Assembly: GCF_009914755.1 (NCBI RefSeq)
Contig: NC_060946.1
Length of the DNA: 64,000 nt
Source: the human T2T-CHM13v2.0 reference genome, Homo sapiens
Strand: one strand, 5' to 3'
Shown here: positions 56,154-64,000 of the stretch, in pieces
How positions within the stretch are numbered: position 1 is the first letter of the stretch
How the letters are laid out: each line of letters begins with the position of its first letter
The notes under the pieces: generated by a model
Told to the model about the DNA's origin: nothing
Database searches by the model: none
The model's input: only the letters and a program-made list of their open reading frames with translations
Made by a program: the position numbers and the translations under genes

Positions 56154-59100
56154 ATGTGCGTCAGGGGCTTTCCCAGGCGTCCAGTGGCATCCAGCATGGT
56201 ATGGGGCTAGGGTCATGGGGGCAGGGCGTCAGGAGGCTGGCACTCCTGCCGTGGGTGGATGGCATGAGGAAAGGAGGCTTCAGGCATCTTCCTGCATGGG
56301 AGAAACAACGCCTAGTCCCTTAACAAGTCCCTGAATCCTTCAGCTGCTAGCACTCCCCAGCCCATTGTCTGTGCCCACTAGAGCCCGTGTGGGTGGTGAT
56401 TCTGCCCTGTAGGAGCTCCCCATGGGAGTGGAGGGGAAAGGCCAAGTTTCCCAAAGACAATGTCAGTTTATACTCAGGGAGGGGCCCACAGGAGGTAGCA
56501 GGCCCTGGAATCTGGGGGCTGGAAGTCTGGAGCTGGGCGTGGGGTGAGGTGTTTGCCTGGGCCTCAAAGCATGCAGTGATTTCAGTGAGTGAGGGTGCAG
56601 GGTGAGGGACGGCTCCCAGGCAGAGGGCACCAGCAACAGACACGCTGGAGTGTGTTGAGGGACAGAGTACTGGGCAGTGGCAAAAGAGGAGCCCCCAACC
56701 TGGAGAGGCCTTGGGTACCAGAGTGAGGAGTCCGCCGTTTCCCACAGACACAGGCAGCCCCTGATGGCTCTTGAGCAGAATGTTTTACGATGGGAGGTGC
56801 TGGGCAGCAGTCATTGGGGAGGGCCATGGGGAGAGGCCAGCAGGGGACCAGGGCCCCCTCTCTTGGCTCTAACAGCCCCGCTGTGCCATGGGCAGGATGC
56901 CTGGCAGGTCCAATTCCAGGCATGGCCGAGGCCAGCAGCCATGGAAGAGTGTCTGGGGTCAGTGGCTGACAGGAGTGAACGAGGAAACGAGGAAATGGGG
57001 CAGGGCGGGGAGGGCGTGGCACGCACTCCACCAGGCCCCAACAGGTGCCCAGTCTGCCACGCACCCCTGGCCTTGGCCTGGTGCCTGATAGCTGCCCCTG
57101 CTAGGACATGGGGGTGTCGCCCAGCTCTGACAGCTCTGGGAATGAATCCTGGGCTAAGAGCCACGAGTCCTCTTCAGGGTTCAGCTGCTCCGCTGAGGCT
57201 TAAACCAAAAGGTCATCAGCTCCCGTTCAGCCTCCCTCTCCCCTGCTTCCTCCTTCCTCCTCCCTCCTTCTCCAGCTCTTCTTCCTCCTTCCTCTCCTCC
57301 TCAGGCTCCCTCCCTTCTCCCTTGATCTTTAGAAGAATCCTGGGAGAGGGGCAGGACAGTGGCAGTTATCTCCCTCTGACACAGGGGGAAGGTGAGACCC
57401 AGAGAGGGGCTGGGACTTACCCAGGCCACTTTCCCTGCTCCCTGCTTCCCACGCCATACCAAATCACACTGCGCACTGGGAACAGTATACACGAGAACCT
57501 TGGGCCCTCCTAAGTGGAGCTGCTTTTCCTAGAATTGCCATCAACATTTCTAAACAATGTGGCCCATCTGGGGGCAAAGCCTCCTCCTTTGGGAATGACC
57601 CCTGCCACAGTGAGGGCCTGACCCTTTGCAGACCATTGCAGTCCGCTGGCTTGACTCTGCCTTCTGGCAACAGAGCTGGGGGAAGGCCCAGGAAGGATCA
57701 AGAGGGTTCCAGGCCCTGGAGCCCTATCTCCCCACTTCCCTCAGGTTACATCCAGTGCACTTGCCAAGTATGTCATCAATGACCAAGTGAGGACCCCGGG
57801 AAGCTCGGTGGGGAAGGCGGGGGGCTATGACCTACTGGAAATTCCCATAGCCAGAGTGATGGGGATGAAGGAGAGGTGCTGGTTTGGGACACAGCCTGCT
57901 GCAGGGACTCGCAGAGCCAAGGACAGAGCAGAGCAGGCATGGCAGGCGGTGTGAGGACCCGGCCCTGGCAGCTGGGAGGGTGCCTGGATGATGGTCCCCC
58001 TGCTGGAGACCCCCTCTCTTGCCTGTCTCAGTTGGCCTGGGCTTTGTCCTCCGCTGACCAACACCCTCCACACATTGCTTGACACTCACAGTGGGGAGGT
58101 GTCCGGTCTTGGGCTCCATGGCTGCCCTTTGCTAGGGACACCAAGAGGGACGTGGTGATCAAGGATCTGGGGGATTTCTTTGCAGGCGGCTGAGGCTGGG
58201 CTCCCTTGGGGCTCCCAGAACACTGTGCAGGCATCTCATGTCAAACATGGATGCATTCTTATTGACCAGGCACCATTCCAAGCAGCCTATGTGCCCATTA
58301 GTTCTGGCCACAGCTTATTCTTGGTGAAAGGCTGCAGGTGGCTGCAGCCCTTGCTTCTCTCTGTGCCATCTAGAGATGGTAGTGACTGCTGTGGCAAGGG
58401 CGGGTGGCCTGCACAGCACTGCCCCTCCCGTGGGAAGGTCCCGGCGTCCTGGAGGTCCACATGGGCTAGGGCCAGGCGTTTTTCCCTCGGGAAGGCTGCT
58501 CTCACCTTCCCCACCAGGAGACATGGGAGGTCCTGGCTCCAAGCTGAGCCCCCTGCAGTTGTAGAGGGGCCACTCTGATGGGGAGGGAATGCTCCTGGGT
58601 TCTGCTGGCACAGCCTGCTTGGCACAGTGTGGCACTGGATGGAAAGAGGAGAGACCAGGGGATCTCCCCCTGCAAAACACCACAAATGCCTTGCTTCTCG
58701 GGACCTCAGTTTCCCCAATCCTAAAACAAGAGACTTGGGGTCAGGCACCAGGAACACTTTAAGTTTGGGCCTTGGGCCTTCCCAAGTGGAGACGCTGCCT
58801 AGGGGTCAAAACGTGTGAAGGGAGAGGGGTGTGGGAAGCCGGGGTAACCAGAGGACTGAGCCTGCTCCAGCAGATACACACAGGGGTTACCACACCAACG
58901 TGTGGCCCTTGAGGGCTCCCTGGCTTAGCACAGCCCCTCACCCCTCTAGCCCTGCCCCCTGCCCCTCAGGCCCCTAGCGCCCCTGGGCCCAACACTGGGT
59001 CCCATGCCTCCCCCACCCCCATCCCCAGGCCCCGCTCTTGCTTCCCGCAAGTCCTGCCCCACGCCCCTGGGAGCCTCTGCTTCAGTGAGGATGGGTCCTT

Positions 59101-61315
59101 CTCCACAGTGACAGAGGGGATGGAGATGTGGCAGGAGTTCCTTGGAAGGTGCCATAGGGCATCACTTCATGCCAGCTGTGGCTTGGTCCCTTGCGTAGGG
59201 GAGTAGGGGGGAGGGGCTGCCTTTGGATCCATTGCCAGCGAGCTTAACTCCTCCAGAATGGCATGTCTCCCCACCCCTTGCAGTGTCCCCAGGACACCTG
59301 GGTGGGCAGCCACCATCCCTCCTTTGGAAGAACCAGTGTCATCCGAAGGTGGTCAGGAAGTGGGAGGATGATGCCGAGTGGCCAGTACAGACCCTACAGG
59401 GCCAGATTCCTGAATTTTATTTTTGTTTGGATCGCTAAGCGTCAGTACTATAAACAGCAGTTAGCCCTGGCTGGATTCTGTCATGTGCCCAGGTTCATGC
59501 CCGATTGCATTGAGCCCTCTGCCAGCAGGTGAGGAAACAGGCTCAGCTGAGAAGGCTGCCCAGATTTGCACAGCAGGATTGAAATCCATGTCTGTCTGGT
59601 TCCAAAGTCAGGGGTTCATCCACCTTACCACTCGGCCTGACCCGCAGGCTCTTAGGATTGAGGCCCAGAGAAACGAGGTGTTTGCAGTGTCTCAAAATAA
59701 GAGACCACTCCCCCCAGTCTCTCTTTCCATCCAGTGCCACACTGTGCCAGGCAGGCCATGCCACCAGAACCCAGGAGTGTCCCCTCCCCACCAAAGTGGC
59801 CTTCTGCAACTGCAGGGGGCTCAGCTTGGAACCAGGATGCCAAACCGTGCACAATCCCAGCAGAAGTGTGGTGCCAGCACCTTGCCTGCCTTCTCCCCTC
59901 ACCCTCAGGATGTCCATGCCTGGGATGCCACATGGGCAGGCCCTTTAGTGCCAGCCTCCCCACGCCATGCACCTCTGGGTCTATGTCCACCCAAAAGTGC
60001 CATTCAGGCTGGGGCCGCAACACACTTTCCATCCTGGCCGCCAGGCTCTGATGTCATAAGGGCACAGAGTTCCCAGGTCTGTGTCCCCAGTTCCTAGCAG
60101 TCAGATATCTGGCCCAGTCAGATATCTGGGAGATGCCTGCTCTCCGGGCCACTTTCTCTTCTGGTGTTAAGTGACAGACCAGCTCCTTCCTTCACTCTAG
60201 CAGCTGCGGGAAGTCCAGGGATGACACAGCACCATGGGGCCATAGGGCCTTCCGGTTGCCACTCCAGGCCAGGCTTCACGTCACTTACAGACTCACTCCC
60301 TACTCTGCGGTGTCATATTTGCTCAGAGATTTTGGTTTACAAACTGCCTTCCAGTCCTTTGTCTCAGGGGATTCCCATCATGACTCTGGGAAACACACAG
60401 GGCAGGTGTCCTCATCTCCATTTTACAGGTGGGAAAACGGGGGCTGGCCGTGTTTACAGCAGAGTGTGATCAGTCACAGGAGACATGAGGCCAGGACGCA
60501 GCTTGCAGACGGCCAGTCTGGGCTCCCTCTGATGTCTGCTGTCCTCTCTCTATCCTGCCTGAGTCACTTTGGGTTGGACTGTCCATGAGTCACGGCCGAC
60601 TGTGGCTCCTGCACGTTTGCCAAGGGGGTGGGGACCACGTGCTGCAAAGGACCATGGGAGGAAATGCCACAGCTGGTTGTGTTTCCGATTAGCAGTGGGA
60701 CTGTGGCCAGGGCCCGGCAAGGTGAACTGGACAGTGAGTGGGCTGTGGGGTCAGCAGCTGGACTCCAAACCCTGTTCCCTTCACTCTAGCTGGGGGACTT
60801 TGCCTCTTGAAGCCCCTACTTTCTCATCTTTAAAATACAAATCATGATACCCACTGTGTGCGCCATCCCCTCCCCACCCCCACTGCCACCCCCTCCCTCC
60901 CCACCGCTGGGCATCTGGTGAGGGGGGATGAGGAGGATGCTGAGGATGCTGGAATTTGCTGAGCTTGAGAGGTGGAGAGGGTTGCAGATGCACACGGGAA
61001 AGGGACTGAGAGGCCTGCAGGTGAGGTCTGGGCAGGAGGTCTGCAGGAGCATGGCAGAGGATCAAAGGTGATGGAAGGGGCTGATGGTGGCTGTGAAGGG
61101 TGCGATGCATCTCCAGGGTGCATTTAGGAGGCTTGTTTGCATGAGCCGTGGCATAATGGCCCTCCTCTGTCTACCCTGAAAGCCTCCGAAAATCAGTCTT
61201 ATTCTTCAAAGCATTTGGATTTGCATTTGTTGTTTTTCCTGGATGTGAAAATAATTGATCAATTTTTGGGGGGTGGGGGTGTCTTTTTAATTTTTTTTTT
61301 CTTTTTTTGCATCTA

Positions 61316-62872
<1,557 letters not shown>

Positions 62873-63175
62873 TATTTCTTTTGAAAACATATTCTTTGAT
62901 TTATTTATAGTTTAAGATAAGCTTGAAAAATATATACTTGGTTTAAACAATCATACCCATTTCCTATTGTGGTTTTCTACTTCCTTATTTGTAAGATTCC
63001 CATATATTAACCCTTTGTCAGACATAGCACATATATTTTGTCCAATTAAAACATTTTTTTTGACAAACAAGTAAACATTTTAAGTTGTCAAATCCACCAG
63101 TTTCTCTCAACATGGCCTTTGGTGTTGTAGTGGATATTGGGATTGTTCCTGGATATTGGGATTCTAACCCTCCCT

Positions 63176-63680
63176 TGTTGGGCAGCAGCCACAAAATTTG
63201 GAAGGATTGACTCTCATTGCCAGCTACAATGGAGCATCTGCCAGGTGACAGGTCCCCAAATGACACTGGATGACCCAGCTCTTCCCCCTCTTGCTTAGAA
63301 TTTTTGGGCAGAATATACAGAGGTTGCAACATCCTGAGATAAGGTGGAACTGTCCCGAACAGCTCAGGCTTTGTGCTCATCTCCCCTAGATCAGGATGTC
63401 CTGCAATGCTGTAGCCCAGTGGACCCAGTTGCATTTGGGGTAGAGAACCCAGAGTAGAGTGTGCTTTTCACGCCCCTCAGCTGTGGTGTGAAGTGGGGGC
63501 ACCTGCAGACAACACTCTAGTGCCCTGGGTAGCTTTCCTGATTGCTGGTGGACTGGCTCGCCATGGATCCTAGGCTTGGGTTGATGTTTGGGGCCTCTCT
63601 GTGAATAATAAAGTTGCTTTGTCTGACGTGTTTTGCAGGTGTTCTGTTTTACCAGACTAGACATTAAGAATGCAGTGGGT
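63176..63680 (+). mobile_element. Old ERVL-type solo LTR (LTR40-like)
   Basis: LTR-like layout: ccctcagctgtggtgtgaagtgggg, atcctaggctt, AATAAA near 63607; subfamily recalled from memory. Confidence 0.55.
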
Positions 63681-63681
63681 A

Positions 63682-64000
<319 letters not shown>

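Noticed and set aside
56677-57513. 278-aa ORF upstream of CERK
   Set aside because: No recognisable domain, non-ATG start, includes a translated pyrimidine tract; expected by chance at this GC content.

Overview
Primate (human-like) genomic DNA. The minus strand carries coding exons 1-9 of ceramide kinase CERK (ATG at 44111; exon 9 ends at 1170; exons 10 onward lie beyond the left edge). The nine exons join through GT-AG sites into 1049 nt of uninterrupted CDS encoding the PH domain and the DAG-kinase-family motifs NPFGG, GGDG and PAGST. A CpG-island promoter lies at ~43.6-44.8 kb, followed by ~19 kb of upstream non-coding DNA. Much of the rest is interspersed repeat: about 50 Alus, old L1/L2/MIR, Tigger2a, MER20, MLT1, MST and an ERVL-type LTR. 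There is no second protein-coding gene, RNA gene or CRISPR array, and I cannot support a wholly new biological system. The best leads are hypotheses about RNA processing and regulation: a frame-preserving 9-nt microexon candidate and a poison-exon candidate in intron 1; competing donors after exon 4; a stop-free exon 2-3 circle; an NRF1/RBFOX palindrome after exon 7; a divergent splice donor; and several recent local duplications that multiply transcription-factor motifs. Repeat subfamily names and boundaries are by eye and approximate.
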